This document shows, one piece after another, positions 36,910-50,625 of a stretch of DNA of 63,796 nucleotides; the first letter of the stretch is position 1, and every line of letters begins with the position of its first letter. The DNA is taken from NCBI GenBank assembly GCA_001179505.1, contig CDMY01000501.1, positions 1 through 63,796 on the forward strand. Reading direction: 5' to 3'. The notes under the pieces were generated by a model that was not told where the DNA came from, did not search any database, and worked only from the letters and a program-made list of their open reading frames with translations. The translations under genes were made by a program, and so were the position numbers. Source of the DNA: Vitrella brassicaformis CCMP3155 (taxonomy: Eukaryota > Protista > Chromerida).

Positions 36910-37870
36910 TATGCGCACACACAGCCAAATACATGTGTGCGAGGCTTGCGTACTGTGATGTGAGGAATGTGACAATCCCCGCGAGCCCCATCATATGGTC
37001 GCCATGCATATGAGAGACGAACACCCGGCGAATCCGCCCCGCCCGTATCGGGCTCGCCTGTATCTGCAGCTGCGTCCCCTCCCCCGCGTCAAACAGCCAG
37101 ATGTCGCCCCCGTCGCTCTCCCACCTCAGCGCCACACTCGACGTCCCACGGTGCTTTGTCGGGTACATCGAGCCCGTCCCCAGGAACACTGCCGTCATGT
37201 CGCTGCCGGGGATGGCCGCACTCAGCCTGGCTTGGCGGTCCACCTCGATCAGAGAGGCCAGCGAGGAGGCCCCCAGACGGAGGGGCAGGCCTGTGGCGGC
37301 CTCGAGAGACGCCTGGGCCTTGCTGAAGACATCGTTGACAGACGAGTGCAGGGCGTCCTCAAGGTTTGACAGGGGGGAGGGAGAGGGAGAGGGGGAGGGT
37401 GTCGCTGCTGCTGCTGCTGTTGGTGCTGGTGTTGGTTGTTCCGGCCCAGCGGTCGCCAGGTCGTCAAATAGCGACCTCTTCGGCGCGTTGTGGTCGTCGT
37501 CATGATCTCTCTCTCCCTCCAGCAGCAGCATGCCCGCCTCCATCTCATCTATGTGCACATGCTGATCGTCAGGCGGCCGCGAGGGCACCACAAACTTCCC
37601 CTCGTCCAGGGCATCATGCCCCTCTCTCGGTGGCTCAGCTGGAGGCATCCGAGTCCCTCTCCTTTCCCTCATGGCCATTCGCCTCACGACCGCACGGTGG
37701 ACTCTTCGGCGCGTGGGAGGGGTCATGATGAATGCCAACGCGACGGGGTAGCCGACGATGGACGCAAACGGCCAACGATGGCGGAACGAGGCAGCGCGGG
37801 TGGGGTGGACGAGGGCTTCTGAGGCGTCGAATAGGCACATGCAGCAGAGGATCAGCAGCAACAGCACCAT
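35104..37870 (-). CDS. Ribonuclease Z, short bacterial-type (ELAC1/RNase BN family), predicted plastid-targeted
   Basis: FLGTGSMYPT, WLFDAGEGTQ, SHMHGDH (HxHxDH), IYGPEGL, HTVPTVGY, VHECT, GHST, LVLTHFSQRY, AWDGM; N-terminal signal peptide and transit-like region. Confidence 0.93.
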
Positions 37871-38147
37871 GAGTGAATGAGAGGCAAACGGCTGTGTTCT
37901 TCTTCAGAATCTTCAGAGCGGGAGCAGCGAAAGCACCATGAGTGCTAAACCGCTCGGAAACTCTCAAGGGGACTCCAGATCTATGCCCGGGGAAGTTGCG
38001 AGCTCGGCGTCTGCGAACTAAGCTCGCTGACGCACTTCGTTCCTTCTCACGCAAAAGCGGCGGAGAAGTTCCGCAGCCGAGAACGGAGAGATGAAGTGAC
38101 TCGTGAGATATCACGTCAACACGAGCGATCCACTCCCTCCTTTCTTG

Positions 38148-39533
38148 ATGGCCGCCAACCGCGTTTCCACATCGGGACGCCACTCGTCCGTGGCGAGCAC
38201 CGCCCCTTCTGGCGACTCTTCCGGCCTGAAAAGGACCGACTCCGGCACCTCGCTTGTGGCTGAAGAGCCTTACCTTCACCGTCCTGGGCTTGGGCTGGGG
38301 ACGTCCTGGTGGGTTCGTCAGGTTTGGGGAGCGTCCAAGTATAGAAGGATCCTGGTGCGGCGGGCGAGGTGCGCCCAGGTCTTCCAGCAGATCTTCACCT
38401 GGGGATTCATCATCTTCATTTTCTTCGTATGTGCAGCCGACACACAGCACAGAACAACACACACACACAGCTTGCCATGGGCGAGATGGGATGACTGTGG
38501 GATTGTATGTTTGTGTGTGATTGTGTGACTGTGTGACTGTGTGGTCCCCCTCCCCCCAGAGCGACATCTATCTGTTTGGTGTGGAGGATGAGCGGTACGG
38601 TGTGTGGCGGAGCCTAAAGTACCTCATCTTTGCGGTGCTGTGCGACGTGGCCCTGGTGCTGGCCATCCATGGCATCTATGCCCTCGTACGGGCCATCACC
38701 AAAAAGAGAGAGCGCATCGACGGCGTACTCAGATCAGCCTCTATGTGGTCAGCCAAGCCAAGGGCCTGGCCTTCTTCTCTCATCCTTCACCCATTCACCG
38801 ACCCATTCTCGTGTGTCTGTGTGTGCAGGGATCTGGACTACCTGGGCGGCGCGTCGGCCTCTCAGCTGGACTGCATGGACCCCATGGGCAGCGGACAACT
38901 GAGCCCTGCCCCCGTGCTGGCAGAGCGCTCCCACTCACACACACTCCGGATTGCCCACCCCGGCGGCTCATTCGGCAATGCTGCCAATGACAGCGGCGCT
39001 CACCTCGGGAGGCCGGCGAGCGGGCAGTGGATAAGGGAGAGGGACAGCACCGACGAGGTGCTGGCGACCGAGAGCTTCGCCGTCGACATGCAGACCATCC
39101 GCGCGGCGCCGCCCGAGGCGCAGAGCAGGAGAATCATTGGGCCTGAGCAGAAACGCAGCGAGTCCAGGCTGAAGCCGCGTACGTGAGCTCTGCATGCTCA
39201 TCTGTCTGTCTGTCTGTCTGTCTGTGGGTCGAGAACACGTGTGGCGTTGGTGTGTGTGTGTGTGACTGGTCTGTTAACAGGTGTGCAGCGTTGCGGTGGC
39301 TTCCTGCGGTATAACAGGGTGGGTCGGCTGCTGAACGTGAAGATGCAGGAGGTGTCTGACCTGCCGGCGTATCACTTCGCGCGAATCAGCCAGACGCTGG
39401 GCTGGGCGGTCGTGTGGCTGTGGGCGAGTCGGTACCTGGACAGGGACAGCGCAATCGACCCGTGGAGCTATCACGTACGTGAGAACGATGCGTCTTGTTT
39501 GTCTGCGTAGGTGTGTTGGATCCTCCTCTCTCC

Positions 39534-39568
<35 letters not shown>

Positions 39569-41137
39569 TTTCTTTCAGGTGCCTGAAGAGTATGACAGCA
39601 TAGAGAGGATATTCCTGTGGATCGTCTCGCTTGACTTCTGCTTCCAGCTGATCGTGGCCAAAGACAAGAAGCGATTCCTCAGTGAGTACCCCACACATTC
39701 CCCCCTCCCGCCCGTCACTCACAGCACCCACATGGCACATATCAAAACACGCGTTGCGTGTTGGATGTCAGTGCGGCGTCAGTCTCTGTTGGACTTTCTG
39801 ACGCTGCCGGCCTTCCTGATGATCGTGCGGCTGATCGTGCTGCTGGTGCGGTGGTTCAAGCCGGACATCGGCGACGTCAACCCTGAGCACTACCTTCTCA
39901 ACTTCGGCTTCATACGCTTCCTCAGGCGAGGATGGATGGATGGATGGCAAATGGCAACACACACTCACACACACATACACACACATACGCACACACTCTC
40001 TCTCTCTCCCTCTGTCCATCCATCAGGTTGACGGGCATCGAGCCGACGATGTCGCGTGTGGTGCCGTGGCTGTCGCCCATCCGGCGGCGTCTCATCTCGA
40101 TCGTCTTCGGGCTGTCCTCCATCCTGCTGACCTTCAGCGGGGCGATCTTCTACTTCGAGGGCGCCCCCAATGCACCCGATGACGACGGAGGGACATACTT
40201 CCGCGGCATGTTCGACTGCATCTACTTCAGCATCGTCACGGTATACGACACGCCGCAGCTGGGCTTCGCTTCTTTCTCCCTTGGTGCATCCTCCCTCGTC
40301 TGTGTGTGTGTGTGTCTGTGTGTGTGTGTATGTATGTAGGTGTCGACAGTGGGTTACGGCGACTACACGCCCGAGATGTGGGAGAGCAAGGTTGTGGTGG
40401 TTGTGGTCATCATCCTGTGCCTCGCGTACCTGCCCACGGAGATCAGACACCTCGTCGACCTCACAAAGGCGCCCAAAACAATCATTGGTACGCTGCTCAT
40501 ACGCACACACAGAGAGAGACAGAGAGAGAGAGAGAGAGGAATGCATGGCGCCATTCTCTCCCCTTATGTGATGTGTGTCCATCCACTCACTCCACGGTTG
40601 TCAGGTTCTCAGCCCACCGTGGGACAGCTGAGCGACATGATTATGATAAGCGGCAAGGTGCCCCCCGAGCAGCTGGCCGTCATCCTCAGCGAACTGCACA
40701 GCAGCCACTCGGCCGGCAACTCTTACAGCGGCGTCAAACCGTAAGCTAAGCAAGCCACTCCCACGCCCCACCCCTCCTCCGATGGTGTGTGTGTGTGTGT
40801 GTGTGTTGGCAGACGTGTGTTGGTGCTGACCTCCCGCGAGCCGAAGCTCTACGAGCACATTGTGGCTGACGCCTTGGCGCACTATAACCTGCGCGTGTGC
40901 GTCAAAAAAGGCGACTATGACGTAAGCACACACACACACACACGCAACAGCCTCAAGACAGAGGGATATGGTCATCTCCATCAATCCATCCATCCATCCA
41001 CCCACCCATCCCTGCAGGCCCGCGACTTGCGTATGTTGGCCACGCATGACGCCCGCGCAATGTTCCTGTTCAGCGACCACCAGGCCGCCGATGTGGTGCA
41101 CGAGGACAGACAGACCATCCTCAAGTGCCTCGGTATA

Positions 41138-41172
<35 letters not shown>

Positions 41173-44100
41173 GCCCAATGTCTGTCCCCAATGTCTGTCT
41201 GTCTGTCTGCAGGAGTGCGTAAGTTCGCCCGCACAGGCAGCCTCCGTCTGATGACGGTGCAGCTGAACCAGAGCGGCGCCAAGCAGCTGGCCCAGGACAT
41301 GGGCGTTCACCACGTGGTCTGCTTCAACGAGCTCAAGATGAAACTCATCGCCAAATCGGTCGCGGGCTGCCCGGGGTTCGCGACGCTCGTGGCCAATGTC
41401 TTCCGCAAGCTCAGTAACGACCTGCTGCTGTTCAGCGCACGACGGCTGGGGCTGCCTGGCGAAGACGAGTACTTCCGAGGTCCGCTCTCGCACCCCACCC
41501 ATCCACTTATCCATCCATTTATCCATCTGTGTGTGGTCAGGAGCTGATTTCCAGCTCTACAGAGTCGTGTTCCCGCAGTGCATGGTGGGCCTCTTATTCC
41601 ACGAGGTCGTCCGGGGCTTCTTCGAGTGCTTCCACGTCTTCCTCATCGGCGCCACCGCCTCCCAGCACCTCACATTCCTTAACCCATCCGACTGGAGGGT
41701 CGGATCGCCATGCCCCTTCACCTCCACTCCCCGAAGGGTCGACGGCGTCATCCTCGCGCAGTCGCCCGAGGTGGTCGAGTACATTCAGTCGCTCACGAAG
41801 ATCCCCTGGCGGATAAGGGGCGGAGGGAAGACACGGAAGGGCGGCAAAGGGGGTGGTGGTGGGGGTGGGGGTGGTGTGGCCCCGAGCAGCAGCAGACGGA
41901 AGGCACTCACGCCGGTGTTCGTTGACGAGAGGGAGAGCACTGCTGGTGCCGCTGGTGGTGGGGATGATGGGCAGGTACGTAACGTACGTGAGGGACTGGT
42001 TTGCTGGGTGGAAACACGCCAGCACTCCCCTCCCTCCCTCCCTCCCTGTGTGTGTGTGTGTGTGTCGTTCACTGCAGGAAGTCAGACGAGCGTCGTTCCT
42101 AAAGCCGCCCTTCACGCCATACCCCTACGTACAAACGACCGCCGACAAAGAGAGAGACAAAGAGAAGGCAGCACCGCCCCCACCAGCGGCAGCCAAGGAC
42201 GACACCACGACCACGCCAGCATCGTCCCCAGTGACCAGACAGCAGCCGCAGCCGCAGCCCCATCCTCCGGCGCGTCAGGCGTCCATCGGTTCCGCCACCA
42301 CAAGCCACGAGGACGGCAGCAAAGACGGCAGGCAAGGAGGCCCGAAAGGCTCCCGGTCCTCCACCCTCTCTCTCACCGAAGCGCCTGTGGCCCCACCACC
42401 CCCTACACCGCTCATGGGCGACAGCAGCAAGGGATCGGCAGACAGAGACAGGGAGAGGGAGAGGGAGAGACAGCGCCGCAGCAGCAACGCAACGAATGCC
42501 ACTTCTTTCGCCCCCGGCCCGCATGACAACAATGACGACAAGGCCTCCCTATCGGCCGTGTCAGCGGTGTCCGAAGCCTCGTGGAGCAACCCCCACAACG
42601 CCATGAGTGGGGGCATCGCCCGCGTGGCCGATCTGCAGGAAGCCAAGAATGCCGTCTTTGTGGATCCCTCCCGGCCCTTGATAGTTGTGTGCGGCTGGCC
42701 TAAGACCATATCGGTCTTCTTCCGAGCGGTCCGGTCGTCGGGCAGGTTTAATGTGTGTGTCGTCGCGCCCCATGTGCCACCGTACTCCTCACTCAACGAG
42801 CTGCAGGCAAGGAAGAAAACTGCGGGAGGGAGGGAGGGAGGGAGAAATGCGCCCCCCACGGCCAGACACACACACACAAATGCCTCTCTCTCTTTGTGTG
42901 TGTGTGTGTGTGTGTCGTGTGCAGGGTTTCTCTGAGTGGGTTGTGCATATCGAGGGGTCCCCTCTGCGTCGGACGGACCTGCTGCGCGCCGGGGTGCTGA
43001 AGGCCTACAGCTGTGTGGTCTTCAACTGCCCCCACGGCTTCGAGGGCACCGAGCACACACACACCATCAGCACCACCACCGCCACCACAGCCAGACGCCA
43101 CAAAGGAGACGACGCCGAGTGCATCCTCGTCGCCAAGAAAATAATGGTACGCATCTCCGACAGCAACCACACACCTATCCCTCTCTCTCTCTGCGTGTGT
43201 GTGTTTAGGCCATGAGAATGTCGCAAAAGAAAAAAGAGAAAGGCCTGCTGGTCAACCGCGCAGCGTCGAGCGGGTCTCTGTCCGGCCCCGAGCATCCCGC
43301 CTTAGCCGTCACCCACACCCACAGCACACGTCAGCACACTGTGCTCGAGAGTATGTTCGACGTCAACGACGTGGCCCTGCAGCTGCCCGAGTTCAACATA
43401 GTCACCGAGCTCAACAAGGCGGAAAGCATCCAGTTCCTCGACCCCTCCCCCTGGTGCCCCGCCGCGAGCAGCCAGGACACCGAGGACCCAGAGACAGGGC
43501 ATTCCGACCAGCTCAAGAGGGTTTTCTACATGGACTCCCCCGAGTATATGGCTGGCCACGTGTTTGTCGACGAGATGCTGTACCCTCTGGCCTTTCGAGT
43601 GCGGCCGGTGTTCCCCTACGCCATCGAGAGCAGCATCATTGACACGATGATCGAGGGCTTCGGCACCCAGGGGCGGACGCCTGTGCAGCTGATGAACATT
43701 GCGCCGCAGTTCCACGGTCAGCCTTTCAAGAAGCTCTTCCAGTACTCGGTTAAGCACGACGGCGTGATACCCATTGGGATACTCAAAGGTCTGTCTGTGG
43801 GGGGGTTTGTGGCCTGACACACACTACACCGAACGAGCCGGCATCTCTCTCTCTCTCTCCCCCTCCCTCTGTGTGTGTGTGTGTCCACCACGTCAGCTTT
43901 GGGCCCCGGCGCGTTGGCCTTCGTGTGCACTTGCCCACGAGCTGACTGCAAACTTGCCCCACACGACAGAGTAAAGCAGCAGAGCCCGGCGCGACACCGA
44001 CCGTCATCTCACTCTCTGTCTGTCTGTCTGTCTGTCTCTGTCTCTGTCACTGTCAGGTGTTCGCCATAGTCCCGGTGCGAATGCAGGACATCGAGCCCCC

Positions 44101-44980
44101 CGACCAGACGCAAGACGTCATGGAGATCCCCTCCCACCCCCTCTTCCCCTACCACCCACACACGCGCGAGAACCTCCTCCTCGCCGACAACCACGTCCTG
44201 CGCGCCCACTCGTTCACAGACTTTAATTTCACGACTATGGTCGACAATGGGGAGATTATCGGGGGTGCTGGCGGTGGGGGGCATGGTGCTGCTGGTGAGA
44301 GGGGGTTGGAGGGAAGCGGACCTGAGAGGCGGCTGTCGTCTCCCTCTCTCGCTGCGGCCAACAGTGGCGGGCTTCACCACGGGCGGCGTCGGAGGCAGCC
44401 GCAGCGGTCTGCAGAGATGAAGAAGCACGAGAGTGCGCATGAGCTGCAGACACTGGACCAGCAGCAGCAACAGCAACAGCAGCAGGGGGCGGCTGGTCTT
44501 GTCTCTTCTTCTGGTGTGGTGGTGGAGTCGAAGCTGAGTGCGGAGTTCCCCCACATCCCCTTCAAGCGCCGGGGGCCCTCAGACAACACCCCACACACGA
44601 CGCCCACCCCACTGCCGATGGTGCCGATGATGCCACTCGCTTCCTCTGCCTCCCCCTCCCCCTTGCCCCCCACCCCCCCGGTCGACAGGTCTCTCGTCGA
44701 CACAGACGAGAGGGAAAGAGATGCCGACAGCCGCCCCCACCCCCTCCCCCGGCCCACATACATGCGCCCACCAAGCCGCGAGACGAGTGGGGAGGGGGAG
44801 GGGGAGAGGGAGAGAGACGATGCGCATGCTGCCAATGGTCAGCACATGGCATCAGCCCCGCCTCAACCCCCGGCGACACCTCCAGGAGCGTCAGCAGCAG
44901 GGCCAGGTGGGTTGGGTCATGGCAAGAGGCCGGTGCAGTTCAATAAGGGGGCGAGGGGCTTCAACACCAGCACGGTGTGA
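38148..44980 (+). CDS. Calcium-activated (BK/Slo-type) potassium channel with RCK domains
   Basis: Multiple TM exons; pore FDCIYFSIVT-VSTVGYGDYTP; CFNELKMKLIAKSVAGCPGFATLVAN (RCK1); IEGSPLRRTDLLRAGV, NIVTEL, SIQFLD and YMAGHVF (RCK2). Confidence 0.92.
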
Positions 44981-45495
44981 CTGTGCGATGGATGGATGGA
45001 TGGCGGTGTGGATGAATGGCATGGTGTGTTTGTTGTCTTTCCGCCCGCCTTGCGTGTGTGTTGGCCGAGTCGGTTAAATGAGTCAGGTGAGCCATTTGGT
45101 CTTTCTCTGTGAGTGTGTGTGTGCGTGTGTGTGTGTGTGCATCTCTATGTGTGCGTGCGTGCATGTCTGTCTGTCTGAGTAATGGTGTGTATCTTTTTTC
45201 ATACCGCTGCTTTTTCTATCGTGCGAGGTGCTATATGGTCAAGAAGTAGGGCGTAAACGACAGACAGACAGACAGACAGGTGAGTGATCAAGTACTTAGG
45301 ATAGAGTGGTGTGCGTGTGTGATTGTGTGGATGGATGGATGGATGTCGCTGCTGTACAATGGCAATGGCGATGGCCTTTATTCATTCTCACGTCGTGTAC
45401 CTACACGATTTGGACCGCCTGCCGTCAGACATTGGTCAAGAGGCTCGCCTCGCTCGATCCAGTCAACCCCCATCCCTCACCAGTCACCTCACTAC

Positions 45496-46083
45496 TCACC
45501 TCTTGCTCTTGCCCTTCCCCCCCTTGCCCCCTATGCCCTTCCCCTTGCCCCCTCTGCCCCCCACGGCTTTTCCTTTCCTCACCTTCCCCCCCTTCACCTT
45601 GTTCCGCCTCGACCGCTCGGTCTCCTCCTCAAACGTGGCAATGTTGCCCGCCTTGCCCCGGTCGATCTCGCCCCCGCCCCCCTTGAACAGCCGGTGGAGG
45701 GTCTTCTGGTAGGACGCCTTCTCGTCACTCACTGGCTGAGGGGTCACCTGCACCAGGGAGGGCATGGATGCATCACAAACGTGTGTGTGACTGTGGGTGG
45801 GGGGGAGGGGGAGGGGGAGGGGGAGGGGTGCGACACGTGCCTTCCTGCGCTTCTTGGGTGGTGTCCTGGTCTCGCCGCGGGCGGTCTTGTCAAACAGACC
45901 GTATGATGCCGTGGACACCTGGGCTCTGCAGGCACACACACAGAGCACAGAGGCAAGGCACATGGGTATGTGTGCAGTCTGAATGTGACACAAAGGCGCG
46001 GACCGTTTCAGGGACGTGCTGATGTCATCTTTTGGCTTCTTCCTGTTGGCCACGTCGCTTGCTAGATTCGCCACACCTGAAGC

Positions 46084-46115
<32 letters not shown>

Positions 46116-47222
46116 TGGTGCATATGCCTTGCTTGATGCACACGATGACTGTCTGACCTGCCGGGAGGCGTACGCCCGCCCCCTCGAGTTTGTTGCGCAT
46201 CTCGCGGAGCTTCTGCTTGGCCTTGACGAGCTGCCGCTCCTCAGCGCGCTTCTGAAAGGGGTCCTCCAAGGGATCTGACACACACACACACCATTTGCCC
46301 ACAGTGAGAGAGGATGTGATGGCTTGCCTTGTCCGTGTTTGACTTCGACGATGGGTGTGGCCTTGTCGAGGTTAGCCTTGAGGCTCTTGTAGCCCCACCG
46401 CGGCACCCAGTCCTGCTTGACCTCGTCCCACACGATGCGGCTGCGCTTCCGCTTCACGATGCCCTTCGTCTCTGACCAACCAGTGGACGGGGCGGACCAA
46501 TTCAATCAGCCAAGCAACCCAAATATGTCAGTCAGTCATTATTTGACGCGCCCACCGGCAAACTTCTTCCAGCGCGTCTTCGCCTTCTGCTTGGGAATCT
46601 GCCACACAGACAGACAGATCCATGAGATAGATGAGCACCACAGCTTTCTGTGGTTGCCCGTGCACGTCCCACCTACCGGCAGCCTCCTGGGCAGCAGGTA
46701 GGTCGGCCGCGTCGGCAGGGTGGCCACCAGGCCCTCGTCCGTCATGTGCGTCGGCAGCCCGAACACTCTACACACACACGCACACACACACACACGATTA
46801 GACACACACATTTTGGCTTCCCAGGTTGACTCACCTGTTGACCAGAAGCTGGGCGTTGTCACGGGTCATGGAGTTCAGCCTACACACACGCAGAAGCAGC
46901 GAATGCAATGAACGCGTGACTGAGTCCCTTCCCCTCCTCTCAGTCACTGGTCATGCGATGGAATGGGGGTGATGTCGACGCCGAGGAGGTGCTGCAGGTC
47001 ATAGCTCAGGTTGTCGGCCTTCTCGGGCACGGCGCTGCGACTGAATAACCACAACACACATCTCATTGTTTTCACACAATTGCATGCGCACATTCAGACA
47101 GACAGACAGTACCTGGTCCGCAGTGGTGGCTGTCCGTCGGCCTTGTCCGCTTCTCTGCCCATCAGCCTCTTGGGCGTGAACCGCTGCATGGGGTCGTTCT
47201 GGGCATCAGACTCTGACGCCAT
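45496..47222 (-). CDS. RRS1: Ribosome biogenesis regulatory protein RRS1
   Basis: NLSYDLQHLL, TRDNAQLLVNRVFGLP, LLPRRLP, KTRWKKFA, KGIVKRKRSRIVWDEVKQDWVPRWGYK, AQVSTASYGLFDK, and a K/G-rich tail. Confidence 0.92.
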
Positions 47223-47871
47223 CCTTATTCAATCAGCTGGGCCGAAACAATCCTTGCCAGCCAGTCACTCACACAGGACGCCCTCCTGCGGCCTTCTTTC
47301 GCCTCTTTCCTCCGTCGGATCTGTTGCGAGCTTGAGAGAATGGCGAGCTTAAATCTTCCCAGCAGCAAAGGAGCGACCTCCCGTGTGACACCATGCCTGT
47401 GCACGATGCGTGAGCACCGCTGCGCATTCTTCCTGCTCGCGGCCCATTTCATCTTTGTTTTCGGCTGCTCCGCCAGCATCCTCCTTCTCCGTAAGCTCAC
47501 CCTCACGCCAGCGGCCGTCGGGCGGCCATCCTCATCACACGCTGCTTGTGTTGTCTTTGGTAGTGTCCTTGCTTTCGTCCTCACCGACTGCCGTCGAGGG
47601 CGCTGCATTCAACTTGGGCGTGACTGATCATACGACGCCAGAGGTGTGCCTCCACCGGTCGTTCAGCGCCTCGCCGCTGTGTCGCTCGCTCAGCCACAGC
47701 CACAGCCTCAGCCACAGCCAACAGGGCATCTGTCATAATTCGCTGTTTCAGTTGCTGCACCTGCCGTCGGTGTCTTCGAGTCGGGTGATCCCTGCTGTGG
47801 CCAGTGCTGCACCTGCACCACCTGCTGCTGCTGCTGGTGCCGAGAAGGAGCCGTATATTTACCGCCCGCGC

Positions 47872-49504
47872 ATGGAAATGGCTTGGAGGTGAGAGCGAGA
47901 GAAGAGGGCTGAGGGAGGGAGGGAGGGAGAGAGCGTGATATGATGTGTTGTGATGTGTTGTGTTGTGTTGTGGTGGTTGTATGCAGGGCGACAGGCCACT
48001 CCCATTTGGACCTGCTCAACAACCTCCGCCAGGAGGGCATCCTCAAGACCAACCGAATCTTTGACGTCATGAGCAAAGTCGACAGAAAGAAGTACGTCAA
48101 GGACTTCCCCTACCAGGACTCACCTCAGCCAATCGGTGGGTACGCACAGCACACAGACACACACATAGAAACATGGCCGGCAGGCGGGAAGGGGAAGGGT
48201 GTGTGTGTGCGCATGTGTGTGTGTGTGTGAAGGTTGGGGGGCGACCATTTCTGCGCCGCACATGCACGCCGCTGCGCTCGAGTATCTGTCCGACCAGCTG
48301 CAGCCCGGCAACTCGGCACTCGACGTTGGTACGCCAAGATACTCATACGCACAGGGCCACCACGACACACAGAGATACACACAAATGGCCGACGGCGAAC
48401 ACGACAAAACACACGTGTGTGATGTCCCCGATGTGTGTATTGTGTGGCATTGTGTGATAACTTTCAGGGTCTGGCACTGGGTACCTGACCACGTGCATGG
48501 TGCGCACACGGCGGGCACTCTCTCACACACACAGAGGAGGGGGGGTGCACGTGTGTCTGTCTGTCTGTCCGTGGCTCTGTATGTATGTGGTCACTGTGGT
48601 GCGTGTGTGGGTGCAGGCGCGGCTGTGCGGATTGGTGGACGACAAGAATGAGGTGCACCACGACCTTGGCAAGGTGGTCGGCATCGACTATGTCAAACGT
48701 AACCACCGCACCGCACACAGGCAGACAAACATGCACCCTCGATCGCTTTCGTGCCTCCCTCCCTCCCTCCATGCGTTACTTAGTGTGTGTGTGTGTCTGT
48801 GTATGTGTGTTGGCTGTTCCACCGCACACACAGCTCTGGTAGAGATGTCGGTCGACAACGTCAAGAATGACTTGCCCAAACTCATGGAGGCGCCAAACTT
48901 CAAGGTGGGTCATCAGCGATTGGGACACACGCACCGGGAGGCACTCATTGTTGACGCGTGTGTGGTGATTTGATTGTATGTGTGTGTGTGTGTGTGTGAT
49001 TGCCTCCTACCTACAGTTGCTGGTGGGTGACGGCTGGAAGGGCTACGCCGAGTTCGCTCCCTACCACGCCATTCACGTGGGGGCCGCCGCAAGAGTCGTC
49101 CCACAGGTGAATAGATTAATGGAGTCATGCCGCCGACTTATGTACTGGACACACCAATTCCTGCCCTGCATCCTCTCTCTCTCGTATCATGTGGGCAATG
49201 TATTTATGCTATGCGTCAATCAAATCAGGCGTTGGTCGATCAGCTGGCTGTCGGCGGCAAGATGATCATTCCCCTCGGCCCCTCTGGCGGCGCACAATAC
49301 CTCACGGAGGTCACCAAAGACGAGAGCGGACACGTCAAACAACGACAGCTATTCGGAGTGGTCAGTCAGACAGCGAACACCAGGGCACAGCACAGCACAG
49401 CACACGGACCCATTGCAATCGTTGCCTGTGGTGTGTGCATGTGTGTGCAGCGTTATGTGCCGCTGGTAGAGGACACGAGCGGTGGTGGGCGATGGAGATT
49501 CTGA
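47872..49504 (+). CDS. PCMT1: Protein-L-isoaspartate O-methyltransferase (PIMT)
   Basis: [73 protein letters not shown]. Confidence 0.94.
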
Positions 49505-50195
49505 TCGAGCAGTCGTAGGTAGACGCACTATAGGCAGGCAGGCAGGCAGGCTGGCCACGCAGGAGACAGACGACAGATTCATTCAGACACCCACATGGCT
49601 GCCTGCCTGCGATGAGTAGAAGAGTGCAGTGCGTAGGGATAGCTTCATTCATGTCGATGTGGGTGCGCCAGCCGTCTTTTTCTCGCGGTGTGGCGGCGTG
49701 TACGTCTTTTTCGTTCGTCGGCCGGTTATATATCTAACATGGACCCCTTGTGTGTGTTCATAGGAAACGAAGGCGACTGACTGTTTTTGGTCTCTCTGCA
49801 TCTCTCTATTGGTGGACGCCAGTGGTCTGTATGTGATTCCATGTGGCCAGGGGATGAAACAAAGACACACAGTGCATATGCCATTTTTCCGTGAGTTGGC
49901 TGGTTAAGAATCAGATAGTCAAGATGTTCAAAAACCGCAAGCGCACACACACGGGGCGTTTTGTACATGTAAGATCATCATATACCGACTCGGTCCGTGG
50001 CGAAAAACTGGCCACTGCACGAATTTGCATATGGCCAGGACTTTCGATGTCTTTTCGGTCGTGTTGTGCGTCTGTGCGCACGTCTTCGGTTAGCATCAGC
50101 AGTGATTCAGCATCTAGGTCACGTCGAGAGTCGAGGTGCCAGTGAGACGCCAAGTTGTGAGACGCAAATGAGATCGTCTCTTCGAGCAGCAGCCC

Positions 50196-50625
50196 AAGGC
50201 TGCAATCCATCCAAGAGCCGCAGAGCATTGATTGCCTCTGCTACCGGGCCATTGGCGGCGTGGATGGGAGGACCCCCGACGTCGACAGCACCATCGACTG
50301 GAGGTCCGCCTGTGCATTCACCATATCCACAGGACAAGCCGCTCGTTTCGGTGCATACTTCGCCACGTACCCCAACGACGAGGCCCTGTCGGTGGACGGG
50401 CCATTCATCAAGCGGAGGCTCCTCTCGGGCACGACGCCGCTGTTCCAGCAACCCAAGACCGACCCCGGGCGAGTGCGACTCAAGGACAGGGACGGCAAGA
50501 AGAAGGGCTGCAAACGCAAGCAGCCGCCAGGGGAGGAGGGCTCTGACCCAAAGAGCAACGGCGACGACGGGGAGATGGCAGATGGCTTTGATGATGAGAG
50601 GGGCACCGTCAGCGAATGCGCATAA
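50196..50625 (+). pseudogene. Probable gene fragment (C-terminal part of an unknown family)
   Basis: Protein-like open frame (DCLCYRAIGGVDGRTPD..FIKRRLLSG..KRKQPPGEEG) with no usable start, in a region of decayed fragments. Confidence 0.3.

Noticed and set aside
35104-37870. Bacterial contamination or recent HGT for the bacterial-type RNase Z and trigger factor
   Set aside because: Both have host-style microsatellite introns and bipartite leaders, consistent with established endosymbiotic nuclear genes.
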